Source: Chloroflexota bacterium (GTDB lineage: Bacteria > Chloroflexota > Limnocylindria > P2-11E). Taken from it: 64,000 nucleotides of DNA. The DNA lies in assembly GCA_027310565.1 (NCBI GenBank), contig DAIDAP010000016.1, forward strand, positions 25,017 through 89,016, given 5' to 3'. The notes beneath the pieces were generated by a model. That model was not told where the DNA came from, searched no databases, and worked only from the letters and a program-made list of their open reading frames with translations. A program made the position numbers and the translations under genes. Shown here piece by piece: positions 19,925-29,188 of the stretch (the stretch's first letter is position 1; each line of letters opens with the position of its first letter).

Positions 19925-20590
19925 ATGGAGCGAACCAACGTCGTCATCGACCGGCCGGCCACGTCGTGGGGCGCGGTGCTGGGCGGCTGGGTCGCGACGA
20001 TTGGCGCATCGGTGATCTTCGCCCCGCTCGTCGCGGGGCTGATCGCGGCGGCGCTCGGCGCGCCGCCGACCGCGAACGACCTGGCGCTCGGCGTGCCCGT
20101 GGTCCTCGGTCTCTTGCTCTCGTACATCGTCGGTGGGTACGTCGCCGGGCGCATGGCGGGATACCGCACGAGCTGGCACGGGCTCATGACCGCGTTCTGG
20201 AGCCTCTTCGTGCTCCTCGTCCTCGCGCTGCTCGGAGCGGCCGCGCGCAGCGGCACGCTCGCGCCGATCGGCGTGGGCGACGGCACGGACCTCGCGCCGG
20301 GCCTGCGTGACCTCGATCTCTACGCGTATGGCGACGCGCTGACGTTCGGCGCGATCCTCGGCTTCCTCGCGGCGATCTTCGGCGGATGGCTCGGTGGCGT
20401 GCTCGCCCCGTCGCACGCCGCGGCGGTGATCACCGCTCCCAGGCGCGAGCCTCCGGTGGTCGTCGAGCGGCCGCGACCGGCGCAGCCCGCCTACGCGCGG
20501 AAGGGCGGCGAGCCCGCCAAGCCCGTGGCCGCGGACGAGGCTCGAGCGACGCGCGCCGGCCGCGACGTGGAGGACGAGCGCGACATGTAG
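19925..20590 (+). CDS. Hypothetical membrane protein
   Basis: 221 aa. An AAGGAG Shine-Dalgarno sequence lies 6 nt before the ATG. Five or six hydrophobic segments and a charged C-terminal tail. Confidence 0.5.
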   Translation: MERTNVVIDRPATSWGAVLGGWVATIGASVIFAPLVAGLIAAALGAPPTANDLALGVPVVLGLLLSYIVGGYVAGRMAGYRTSWHGLMTAFWSLFVLLVLALLGAAARSGTLAPIGVGDGTDLAPGLRDLDLYAYGDALTFGAILGFLAAIFGGWLGGVLAPSHAAAVITAPRREPPVVVERPRPAQPAYARKGGEPAKPVAADEARATRAGRDVEDERDM

Positions 20591-20622
20591 CCGACTGGAC
20601 ACGGCGCCGACACGGCGAGGCA

Positions 20623-20651
20623 GGGCGGTCCGCACGGGCCGCCCTTTCGTT
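20623..20651 (+). terminator. Terminator-like hairpin with T-rich tail
   Basis: GGGCGGTCCGCACGGGCCGCCC followed by TTTCGTT, 30 nt downstream of the preceding stop codon. Confidence 0.35.
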
Positions 20652-20722
20652 ATGTGGAAACGCTGAGCCTGCGCGAGAGCGCCGTCGTATCGTCGCATCG
20701 ACCATCGCGTCGGGAGGGAACC

Positions 20723-22330
20723 ATGCGTCCACCGCGTCCATCCGTCGTCGCGGTCCTCGGGGCACTGGCGATCGTGTTCGGGGCGTGTGCCTCCCCGACG
20801 ACACCATCGCCGTCCGGCACCGGCGCGGCGGGGAGCCCGGCAGCGAGCGCTGCGAAGGGCAACTACGGCGGCACCGTCACGTTCGCGCTCGAGAACGACG
20901 TCAGCAACCTCGATCCCATGCTGTCGGGCCTCTTCGTCGACCGGAACATCCAGTACGCGCTCTACGACTCGCTGGTGAAGGTCGACACGAAGGGCAACCT
21001 CAAACCGGGTCTCGCGACGAAGTGGACCACGTCCGCCGACGGGAAGACGATCACGTTCGATCTTCGTCAGGGCGTGAAGTACCAGGACGGCACCCCGTTC
21101 GACGCGGAATCCGTGAAGTGGAACATCGAACGGTACAAGTCCAAGGACTCGCGCCGCACGGCCGAGCTCGCACCCGTCGACAGCGTCGAGGTCGTCACCC
21201 CGACGCAGGTCAAGTTCAATCTGAAGGCCGCGTTCGCTCCCCTGCTCGGGGCGCTGGTCGACCGCGCGGGCATGATGGTCAGCAAGGCCGTCGTGGATGC
21301 GCTGGGCAAGGACTTCACCCTCAAGCCGTTCAAGGCCGGGACCGGCCCGTTCATCCTCACCGAGGCCGTGAAGGGCGACCGCTACACGCTCGAGCGCAAC
21401 CCCAACTACTGGGACAAGGACGCCGCCGGCAACCAGCTGCCGTTCCTCGACAAGATCATCGTGAAGCCGATCGAGGACGCGAACGTCCGGCTCACCAACC
21501 TTCGCACCGGCGACGCGCAGATCCTGAACAACGTCCCGGGCAAGGACGTCGCGTCGGTGAAGGCCGACCCGACGCTGACCTACCAGCAGGTCGGCTCGTT
21601 CTCGTGGAACAGCATGATCCCGAACGAGTCCGCGGGCTTCGTGTTCAACGAGAAGCGCTACGTGAAGGCCGTCGCGATGGCGATCGATCGGCAGGAGATC
21701 CTCGACAAGGGCCCGGCGCAGGGCGTCGGCCTGGTGGGCTACGGCCCCATCTCCCCCGCGCAGTTCGGCTATGACGACAGCTTCAAACCGTGGCCGAAGG
21801 CGGATCCGGAGGGCGCGAAGAAGCTCGTCGCCGAGGTCGGCAAGGGCCCGCTGAAGTTCGAGCTGCTCGTGTCATCGGGCGACCCGAACACGCTTCAGCT
21901 CGCGCAGCTCATCCAGGACCAGTTGAAGAAGGCCGATATCCAGATGGACATCAAGACGATGCTCTTCAACGACATCGTCACGCTCCAGCAGCAGAAGAAG
22001 CACACCGGAATGACCCTCATCGGATGGAGCGGACGGCTCGATCCCGACGGCAACTCCTACGACTTCGTGGTGACGGGATCGCCCAACAACGATTCGGCGT
22101 ACTCGAACAAGCAGGTCGACGACCTCATGCAGCAGCAGCGCGTCGAGTCGGATCCGGCGAAGCGCGCCAAGCTGCTGCAGCAGGCGCAGCAGATCTACGT
22201 CGTGGACGACCCCGCACGCGTCTGGTTCCAGTTCGGCGTGTCGCCTCTGCTCACGGTGAAGAAGCTCACCGGCATGCAGTCGTACCCCGACCGTATCCCG
22301 CGGTTCGAGAGCGCACAGCTGGCGAAGTAG
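20723..22330 (+). CDS. ABC transporter substrate-binding lipoprotein, family 5 (DppA/OppA-like)
   Basis: 535 aa. Signal peptide with a lipobox (AIVFGAC) and the SBP_bac_5 fold. A GGGAGGGAA Shine-Dalgarno sequence precedes the ATG. GC content is visibly lower than the surroundings. Confidence 0.85.
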   Translation: MRPPRPSVVAVLGALAIVFGACASPTTPSPSGTGAAGSPAASAAKGNYGGTVTFALENDVSNLDPMLSGLFVDRNIQYALYDSLVKVDTKGNLKPGLATKWTTSADGKTITFDLRQGVKYQDGTPFDAESVKWNIERYKSKDSRRTAELAPVDSVEVVTPTQVKFNLKAAFAPLLGALVDRAGMMVSKAVVDALGKDFTLKPFKAGTGPFILTEAVKGDRYTLERNPNYWDKDAAGNQLPFLDKIIVKPIEDANVRLTNLRTGDAQILNNVPGKDVASVKADPTLTYQQVGSFSWNSMIPNESAGFVFNEKRYVKAVAMAIDRQEILDKGPAQGVGLVGYGPISPAQFGYDDSFKPWPKADPEGAKKLVAEVGKGPLKFELLVSSGDPNTLQLAQLIQDQLKKADIQMDIKTMLFNDIVTLQQQKKHTGMTLIGWSGRLDPDGNSYDFVVTGSPNNDSAYSNKQVDDLMQQQRVESDPAKRAKLLQQAQQIYVVDDPARVWFQFGVSPLLTVKKLTGMQSYPDRIPRFESAQLAK

Positions 22331-22363
22331 ACACCACGTCGTGGTGAGAGCGAGGGCGACGGA

Positions 22364-23326
22364 GTGATCTCATACATCCTCCGTCGCCTCGTGCTCATGA
22401 TCCCGGTCGCGCTCCTGGTGACCATGGGCGTCTTCGCGATCGCGCGCCTCTCGCCCGCCGATCCCGCGCTCGTCTTCGCCGGCGAGGAGCGCGACCCCGC
22501 GGTCCTCGCGAGCATCCGTCGCGAGCTCGGTCTCGATCAACCGCTGCCGATCCAGTACATCGCCTGGCTCGGCCGCGCCCTCCAGGGCGACCTGGGGCGC
22601 TCGTTCCAGACCCAGCAGCCGGTGCTCGAGGCCATCGCGCAGCGGCTGCCGGCCACGTTCGAGCTCGGCATCGCCGCGCTCACGATCTCGATCACGCTCG
22701 CCCTGGTCATCGGAACGCTCTCAGCGGTCAAGCGCAACTCGGTCGTCGATCTCCTCTCGACGAGCGTCACGCTCATGGGCGTGTCGTTCCCGTCGTTCTT
22801 CCTCGGCATCCTCCTGATCATGCTGTTCGCGTACGTCGTGCCCGGCCGGATCTTCCCGCCGGGTGGCTTCGTGCCGATCACCGACGACCCCGGCGAGAAC
22901 CTGCGGCGCCTCGTCCTCCCCGCGATCACGCTCGCGACCGGGACGCTCGCGGTGAACCTGCGTCAGGTGCGCTCCAGCCTGCTCGACGTGTTCGGCCAGG
23001 AGTACGTCCGCACCGCGCGGGCGAAGGGGCTCGGCGAGCGCGCCGTGGTCGTGCGGCACGCGCTGAAGAACGCGCTCATCCCGGTCGTGACGCTCATCGG
23101 CATCCAGATCGGCGCCATCATCGAGGGCGCCTTCATCACCGAGACGATCTTCTTCTGGCCGGGGATCGGCCGTCTGGCCGTCCAGGCCATTCCGTCTCAG
23201 GATTACCCGGTGGTGCAGGGCGTCGTTCTCATCTCCGCGTTCTCGTTCATGGTCAGCACGCTGCTCGTCGACGTGCTGTACGCCTGGATCGATCCGCGCA
23301 TCTCGTACGGCCGGGTCCGCGACTGA
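22364..23326 (+). CDS. ABC transporter permease (DppB/OppB-like)
   Basis: 320 aa with the BPD_transp_1 EAA-loop region (ARAKGLGERAVVVRHALKN). GTG start. Confidence 0.85.
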   Translation: MISYILRRLVLMIPVALLVTMGVFAIARLSPADPALVFAGEERDPAVLASIRRELGLDQPLPIQYIAWLGRALQGDLGRSFQTQQPVLEAIAQRLPATFELGIAALTISITLALVIGTLSAVKRNSVVDLLSTSVTLMGVSFPSFFLGILLIMLFAYVVPGRIFPPGGFVPITDDPGENLRRLVLPAITLATGTLAVNLRQVRSSLLDVFGQEYVRTARAKGLGERAVVVRHALKNALIPVVTLIGIQIGAIIEGAFITETIFFWPGIGRLAVQAIPSQDYPVVQGVVLISAFSFMVSTLLVDVLYAWIDPRISYGRVRD

Positions 23327-24216
23327 TGGCCGACACCGCCGTCCCGATCGTCATCCGGCGTCCCACCGAGGATCGCGTCGGGGCCGTCCTGTTCTTCCTG
23401 CGGCGCAACCCGCGGATGATCATCGGTGGCGCCATCGTCCTCGCGTGGCTGGCCGCCGCTGCGTTCGCGCCGTGGATCGCGCCGTACGACCCGATCAAGC
23501 AGAACGTGTCCGAGGCGCTGCTTCCGCCGAGCTTGCGCCACTGGCTCGGCACCGACGACCTCGGCCGCGACGTGCTCTCGCGCGTGATGTGGGGCGGGCG
23601 CGTCAGCCTCTCCGTCGGCGTGATCTCGGTGTCGATCGGGCTGTTCGTCGGCACGACGCTCGGACTGGTCGCCGGTTACCTGGGCGGGAAGTACGACCTC
23701 CTCATCATGCGCGGCATCGACGCACTCCTCGCGTTCCCCGCGCTCGTCCTCGCGATCGCCATCACCTCGTCGCTTGGTCCGCAGATCCAGAACGCGATGA
23801 TCGCCATCGGCATCGTCGCCATCCCCGCCTACGCGCGGCTCACGCGCGGGCAGGTCCTCGCGGTCCGCGCGCGCGAGTACATCGTCGCCGCGCGGACGAT
23901 CGGAGCGAAGCCGCTCCGCATCGTGTTGCGGCACGTCCTCCCGAACGTCATGAACGCGCTCATCGTGCAGGCGACGCTCTCGACCGCGTTCGCGATCCTC
24001 GCCGAGGCCGCGCTCTCGTTCCTCGGTCTCGGCCCGCAGCCGCCGTACCCCTCGTGGGGCCAGGACATCAGCTACTCGACACGCTACCTCCCGAACCTCA
24101 AGTGGTGGATGAGCGTGGGCCCCGGCATGGCGATCTTCACCGCGGTATTCGCGTTCAACTTCCTGGGCGACGCACTGCGTGACGCGATCGACCCGCGTCT
24201 GCGGCGGAGCGGGTAG
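23326..24216 (+). CDS. ABC transporter permease (DppC/OppC-like)
   Basis: 296 aa with an N-terminal OppC-type segment and an EAA loop (AARTIGAKPLRIVLRHVLPN). ATG overlaps the upstream stop. Confidence 0.85.
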   Translation: MADTAVPIVIRRPTEDRVGAVLFFLRRNPRMIIGGAIVLAWLAAAAFAPWIAPYDPIKQNVSEALLPPSLRHWLGTDDLGRDVLSRVMWGGRVSLSVGVISVSIGLFVGTTLGLVAGYLGGKYDLLIMRGIDALLAFPALVLAIAITSSLGPQIQNAMIAIGIVAIPAYARLTRGQVLAVRAREYIVAARTIGAKPLRIVLRHVLPNVMNALIVQATLSTAFAILAEAALSFLGLGPQPPYPSWGQDISYSTRYLPNLKWWMSVGPGMAIFTAVFAFNFLGDALRDAIDPRLRRSG

Positions 24217-24319
24217 CGGTTCAGAGGCGCTGAGCCGACGAGTACCCAAGTACTAGGCGTCCGTGCCCCCGATCGGGGACTGGCGCCGTCCGCGAGCGGT
24301 GCTACTCCGGTAGCCGAAC

Positions 24320-24772
24320 ATGCACGTGAGCCAGGTCGCATACGACCGCTTCCTGGTGGAGCTCCCGCCCGCCGACGCCGAGTGGCGCCCGCTCGCGGAC
24401 CCGGAGACCATCAGCGAGACGGCCTCGTGGCTCTGGGAGTTCGGACCGACGCCGCTCATGGCGGTCGTCGGGTTCGACGGGGCCGCTCCGTCCTGGATCG
24501 CGTCGTGGTCGCCGCGTCAGGTGAGCTGGGCACCGGCGGGTGCGCCCTCCGGCGCCGCGGTCGTCCTGCGCACGCAGTCGGACCTCGAACGCTTCCTCGC
24601 CGCGGGCGCCCCGCACGAGCGCACCGTGCTCCTGTGGCCGCGCATCTCCGAGGCGAAGACGTTCGAGACCCTGATGGCCGGCGGCGCCGCGTGGCTGCGC
24701 GTCGTCGACGCCCATGCGCGCATCTCACGCAACGGCGAGGTCTTCGAGATCGAGCAGGTCAGCCCGGCCTGA
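24320..24772 (+). CDS. Hypothetical protein (150 aa, Trp-rich)
   Basis: ORF with internally consistent codon usage and no recognisable motif. Convergent with proC. Confidence 0.4.
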   Translation: MHVSQVAYDRFLVELPPADAEWRPLADPETISETASWLWEFGPTPLMAVVGFDGAAPSWIASWSPRQVSWAPAGAPSGAAVVLRTQSDLERFLAAGAPHERTVLLWPRISEAKTFETLMAGGAAWLRVVDAHARISRNGEVFEIEQVSPA

Positions 24773-24781
24773 CCCCGCGCG

Positions 24782-25630
24782 TCAGCCTCCCGTCTTCCGC
24801 GAGCGCTCCCGCGCGTCCGCGCCCAGCTCGCGCGTGCGCAGGTACGCCGCGTGGACCGCGCGGCTGAGGACCGTGCGCATGGTGCCCTTCTCGAGCTCGT
24901 AGATCGCCGCCGCGCTCGTGCCGCCGGGAGACGTCACCATGTTGCGCAGCTCGGCGAGGTGGCGGCCGCTCCGCCGCGCGAACGCCGCGGAGCCCTCCAC
25001 GGTGCGCAGCACGAGCTCTTCCGCGACGCGGCGCGAGAAGCCGAGGTGCACGCCGGCGTCGACGAGCGCCTCCATGAGCAGGAAGACGTAGGTGGGGCCG
25101 GTCCCCGACAGCGCGGTCGCCATGTCGACGTAGATCTCGTCCTCCACCGCGAGCTCCTCGCCGAGCGCGGCGAGGATCGCCTTCGCGCGGTCGCGCTGCT
25201 CGCGGTCCACCGCGTCGGTCGCGACCCAGGCGGTGACACCCATGCCGATCTGCGCGGGCGTGTTCGGCATCGCGCGCACGAGCGCGGCGTGGTCGAGCCC
25301 CTCGCGCAGCACGGCGAGCGGCGCGCCGGCGACGATGGAGATGACGAGCGCGTCGTCGCGCAGGTGACCGCGGAGCTCATCGAGCACTCCGGGGAGCACC
25401 TGCGGCTTCACGCTCAGGATGACGACGTGCGCCTCGCGCGCCGCCTCGGTGTTCGACGCGAGCGCCTTCACGCCGAACGTCTTGGCGAGCTCGGCGCGCC
25501 GCTCGCGCCGCGGGCCGGTGACGATGACGTGCGAGGGCGGCACGAGGTGGCGCTCGAGCAGGCCGCGGATCATCGCCTCGGCCATCACCCCTCCGCCGAT
25601 GAACGCGACGCGCTTCCCGTCGAGCGGCAT
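24782..25630 (-). CDS. proC: Pyrroline-5-carboxylate reductase
   Basis: 282 aa from MPLDGKRVAFIGGGVMAEA (Rossmann fold) plus the P5CR dimerisation domain. The longer ORF-track N-terminal extension is spurious. Confidence 0.85.
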   Translation of the reverse strand: MPLDGKRVAFIGGGVMAEAMIRGLLERHLVPPSHVIVTGPRRERRAELAKTFGVKALASNTEAAREAHVVILSVKPQVLPGVLDELRGHLRDDALVISIVAGAPLAVLREGLDHAALVRAMPNTPAQIGMGVTAWVATDAVDREQRDRAKAILAALGEELAVEDEIYVDMATALSGTGPTYVFLLMEALVDAGVHLGFSRRVAEELVLRTVEGSAAFARRSGRHLAELRNMVTSPGGTSAAAIYELEKGTMRTVLSRAVHAAYLRTRELGADARERSRKTGG

Positions 25631-25637
25631 CCGCCGA

Positions 25638-26399
25638 TTATCGCGGCGCGACGCGCAGGAGGTCGCCCTCGGCGAACACGGCGCGCGCGTCGATGCCGAG
25701 CGACCGGTACGCCTCGGGCGGGATGCCGATGTCGGCGAGGACGAGCTCGCCGACCCGGTCACGCGCGGCCGCCGCGAGGAGCCCGGCCTTGGGGAGCCCG
25801 AGCGTGACCGTGAGCGCCGCCGTGACGGCGTCTCCGGGCGCGGCGCCGGTGTCCGGATCGAGGCCCGACGGCAGGTCGACGGCGACGACGGGCCGCGCGC
25901 CGGCCTCGCAGAGCCGGATCGTCCGCGCGATCTCGCCGCGCGGCGCGCCGCGGGCGCTGTAGCCGAGGAGCCCGTCGAGCAGCGCGTCGGCACGCCTCAG
26001 CCGCCCGACGACGGTGCGGTCATCCAGGTCGCGCGTGTCGTGGAGCGGCACGCCCAGCCCGGCGAGGACGTCGTGCTGGAGCGCCGCGAGCGGCCGCAGC
26101 CTCTCGCGCGGCCCGGCGACGTACGCTTCCACGCGGGCGCCCCAGCCGCGCAGGTGCCGCAGCGCGGCGAGCGCGTCGCCCCCGTTGTTCCCCGTGCCGC
26201 AGACGGCGACGACGTCCCTGCCCGCGACGGCCCCGCCGAGGAAGAGCCGTGTCGCGACGGCGACCTGGTGCGCCGCGTTCTCCATGAGCGCCTCGAGCGG
26301 GATGCGGAGCTCCTCCGACGCGACGCGGTCGGCCTCGGCCATCTGCGCCGCGGTCGCTGTCGGGACGTGGCGGACGACCGGGAGCGCGTCGAGCGTCAC
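25638..26399 (-). CDS. NAD(P)H-hydrate epimerase (YjeF N-terminal domain only)
   Basis: 254 aa with VCGTGNNGGDALAALRHL and DGLLGYSARG motifs. GTG start in a GTGA overlap with the methyltransferase stop. Confidence 0.75.
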   Translation of the reverse strand: MTLDALPVVRHVPTATAAQMAEADRVASEELRIPLEALMENAAHQVAVATRLFLGGAVAGRDVVAVCGTGNNGGDALAALRHLRGWGARVEAYVAGPRERLRPLAALQHDVLAGLGVPLHDTRDLDDRTVVGRLRRADALLDGLLGYSARGAPRGEIARTIRLCEAGARPVVAVDLPSGLDPDTGAAPGDAVTAALTVTLGLPKAGLLAAAARDRVGELVLADIGIPPEAYRSLGIDARAVFAEGDLLRVAPR

Positions 26400-27160
26400 C
26401 GCACCGCCCGGAGCACGACCTTGAGCAGCTGGAAGCTCGCGTCGTCGATGGCGAACGCCGTGCGCGTCGGCGGCGGCGCCGCGCGCAGCATCTCCCGCGC
26501 GCGGCGCGCCTCGGCCTCGGGTGTGCGCGAGCGCGCGAGCCACGGCTCGACCTCGACTCGCCACGTCCCCCGGGTCTCGTCGGTGACGCGCATGCCCGAC
26601 GACTCGATGAGATCGCGCCAGCCCTGCACGGTGTGCTCGCGGACGTGCGTCGGATCGCGCACCGTCTCGAGCGTGTTGATGAAGCGGTCCAGGGACTCGT
26701 CGTCCGGCGCGTAGCTGTCGGAGAGCACGAAGCGGCCGCCGGGCCGCAGCACGCGGCGCACCTCGCGGAACGCGGCGCCGGCGTCGGCGAAGTGGTGCGC
26801 GGCGACGCGGCACGCGACGGCGTCGAACGCGCCGTCGAGGAAGGGGAGCGCCTCCGCCGGCGTCACGACGAGCAGCGCGTTCGCCAGGCCGTCGCGCGCG
26901 AGCAGCGTGCGCGCGCCCTCGAGCATCCCCGGTGTCGCGTCGGCGCCGACGGCGAGCCGTGCGCGCTGCGCGATCCGCCGCAGGGTGTGCCCGACGCCGC
27001 AGCCGAGGTCCAGCACCGCCTCGTCGGGCCGCGGGTCCAGGTAGGCGATGACCTGATCGAGGTCCTCGCCGGCCGCGTGCGTCGGGCTCGAAAGATAGGC
27101 CTCCGCGGCGGTCTGCCAGTGCCGTCGCGTCTCCCGCAGCCGGTCGTCCACCTTCCCCAT
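26396..27160 (-). CDS. Class I SAM-dependent methyltransferase
   Basis: Motif I VLDLGCGVG and post-I LRPGGRFVLSD. 254 aa counted from the MGKV start. Confidence 0.75.
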   Translation of the reverse strand: MGKVDDRLRETRRHWQTAAEAYLSSPTHAAGEDLDQVIAYLDPRPDEAVLDLGCGVGHTLRRIAQRARLAVGADATPGMLEGARTLLARDGLANALLVVTPAEALPFLDGAFDAVACRVAAHHFADAGAAFREVRRVLRPGGRFVLSDSYAPDDESLDRFINTLETVRDPTHVREHTVQGWRDLIESSGMRVTDETRGTWRVEVEPWLARSRTPEAEARRAREMLRAAPPPTRTAFAIDDASFQLLKVVLRAVR

Positions 27161-27170
27161 ACTGGACCGC

Positions 27171-28004
27171 GTGCGCATCGGGCGCTTCCAGGTCGAGATC
27201 TTCAGCGACGGCATCTTTCGGCTCGACGGCGGCGCGATGTTCGGCGTCGTGCCGAAGGTGCTGTGGGAGAAGCAGAAGCCGGCGGACGAGCTGAACCGCG
27301 TCCCGATGGACATGTGCTGCCTGCTCGTCCGCGACGCGGGTCACGTCGTGCTGGTCGAGACCGGCGCGGGGCCGAAGCTGAGCGACAGGCAGAAGCGCAA
27401 CTTCGGGATCGACGAGCCGCCGCGGCTGCTCGGCGAGCTCGCGCGGCGCGGCGTGCGCCCCGACGAGGTGACGCTCGTCGTCAACACGCACCTGCACTTC
27501 GACCACTGCGGCGGGAACACCTACCGCGACGGCGATCGCGTCGTCGCGACGTTCCCGCGCGCGTCCTACGCGTTCCAGCGGCTCGAGTGGCTCGACGCGA
27601 CGGCGCCCAACGAGCGCACCCGCGCGTCGTACCTCGCCGACGACTTCGCCCCGCTCGAGGCGAGCGGGAAGGTCGAGCTCGTGGACGACGCGGTGGAGAT
27701 CCTCCCGGGCATCCGGCTCGACCGCATCCAGGGCCACACCCGCGGCACGCAGACAGTGCGCGTGTCCGACGGGAGGGAGACGCTCTTCTTCTCGAGCGAC
27801 TTCATGCCCGACCGGCACCACCTCCCGCTCCCGTGGATCCCGTCGCAGGACCTCTACCCGCTCGACACGCTCGCCGCGAAGAAGGTGATCCTCCCGCGCG
27901 CCATCGAGGAGCGCTGGGTGGTGGCGTTCACGCACGACCTGCCGCGCTTCGGCCGCATCAGCGAGCAGGAGGGGAAGTACCGGTTCGACGAGATCGCGGA
28001 GTGA
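27171..28004 (+). CDS. MBL-fold metallo-hydrolase
   Basis: 277 aa with THLHFDHCGG (HxHxDH) and further His/Asp ligands. The N-terminus (IGRFQVEIFSDGIFRLDGGAMFG) is typical for this subfamily. GTG start. Confidence 0.75.
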   Translation: MRIGRFQVEIFSDGIFRLDGGAMFGVVPKVLWEKQKPADELNRVPMDMCCLLVRDAGHVVLVETGAGPKLSDRQKRNFGIDEPPRLLGELARRGVRPDEVTLVVNTHLHFDHCGGNTYRDGDRVVATFPRASYAFQRLEWLDATAPNERTRASYLADDFAPLEASGKVELVDDAVEILPGIRLDRIQGHTRGTQTVRVSDGRETLFFSSDFMPDRHHLPLPWIPSQDLYPLDTLAAKKVILPRAIEERWVVAFTHDLPRFGRISEQEGKYRFDEIAE

Positions 28005-28083
28005 CGCGGGCGCTGCCTGGGGGAACCCCGACGGCCGCGACGCTCCGCCACGACGTCGCGACCGGCGAGGTCACCCGCACGGA

Positions 28084-28749
28084 GTGAGCATCCGCGTCGC
28101 CCGGTACCTGGACGGCGCGCGCTCGGCGACCGGCGACGCCGTGATCGTCGACGTGTTCCGCGCCTTCACCACCGCCGCGTTCTGTGTCGCGGCCGGCGCG
28201 CGCGAGATCGTGCTCGTCGCCGACCACGAGCGGGCGCTCGCGCTGAAGCGCGACGACCCGTCGCTCTTCCTCACCGGCGAGATCGGCGGGCGCCCCATCC
28301 CCGGGTTCGACGCCGGCAACTCACCCTCGGCGATCGAGCGGCTCGACCTGCGCGGCCGGCGCGTCGTGCAGCGCACCAGCTCCGGCACGCAGGGCGTCGT
28401 CGCCGCCACGGGCGCGCGCCGCATCCTGCTGGGCTCGTTCGTCATCGCCCAAGCGACCGTCCGCGCGCTGCGCGGCGCGACCGAGGTCACCGTCGTCGCG
28501 ATGGGGCACGACGCGACGGCCGAGAGCGAGGAGGACGCGGCGTGCGCCGACTACCTCGCCGCCCGCCTGCGCGGGGAGGCTCCCGACGCCGCCGCGGTCG
28601 TCGCGCGTCTGTGGGCGCGGGAGGACCGCGAGTGGCCGGAGTGGTTCCCGCGCCGCGACGCGGAGCTGGCGTGCGAGGTGGACCGCTTCGACTTCGCGCT
28701 CGCGGTCGCGCGCGAGGGCGATCTGCTCGTCGCGCGGCCGCTCCGCTAG
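28084..28749 (+). CDS. 2-phosphosulfolactate phosphatase (ComB) family protein
   Basis: 221 aa with VDVFRAFTTA and GEIGG motifs. GTG start with an ACGGAG Shine-Dalgarno sequence. Confidence 0.7.
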   Translation: MSIRVARYLDGARSATGDAVIVDVFRAFTTAAFCVAAGAREIVLVADHERALALKRDDPSLFLTGEIGGRPIPGFDAGNSPSAIERLDLRGRRVVQRTSSGTQGVVAATGARRILLGSFVIAQATVRALRGATEVTVVAMGHDATAESEEDAACADYLAARLRGEAPDAAAVVARLWAREDREWPEWFPRRDAELACEVDRFDFALAVAREGDLLVARPLR

Positions 28750-29117
28750 CGCGAGTCGAGCGCGGCCCGGATCGTCGCGTAGAGCACGTCGAGGTCGAAC
28801 GGCTTCGCGACGACCCGCGGCCCGCCCAGCTCGGCGACCTGCTCCGCGCTCAGCGTCGCGGCCGAGAGGACGACGATCGGGATGCGCGGGTGCGTGCGCA
28901 GCTGCTCGCGGCGGAACGCCCATCCGTCGAAGACCGGCATCCGCAGATCCAGCACCACCACGTCGGGCTCGTCGTCCTCGACGATCCGCAGCGCCTCGGC
29001 GCCGTCCTTCGCCTGCGCGACCTCGTAGCCCTCCATGACGAGCGCCTCGCTGAGCGTGGCGCGGATCTGCGGCTCGTCGTCGACGACGAGGATGCGCGGT
29101 GCGCGCCCGGCCGGCAT
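28746..29117 (-). CDS. Single-domain response regulator (CheY-like receiver)
   Basis: 123 aa: ILVVDDE...phospho-acceptor D in VVLDLRMP...KPF. Confidence 0.8.
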   Translation of the reverse strand: MPAGRAPRILVVDDEPQIRATLSEALVMEGYEVAQAKDGAEALRIVEDDEPDVVVLDLRMPVFDGWAFRREQLRTHPRIPIVVLSAATLSAEQVAELGGPRVVAKPFDLDVLYATIRAALDSR

Positions 29118-29188
29118 GCGGCGAGGATACCGAGCGGCCGGCCGGGCGCCTTCGACGGACCTCCGCGCCCCCGGGGTACGCTTCGCCC

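Noticed and set aside
24217-24319. AGTACCCAAGTACT mini-palindrome upstream of the hypothetical gene at 24320
   Set aside because: Only 5-bp arms. Likely chance.
24782-25993. 403-aa version of proC
   Set aside because: The first about 120 residues are S/R/P-rich junk overlapping the YjeF-N gene. The conserved Rossmann N-terminus starts at MPLDGKRVAFIGGG (25630).
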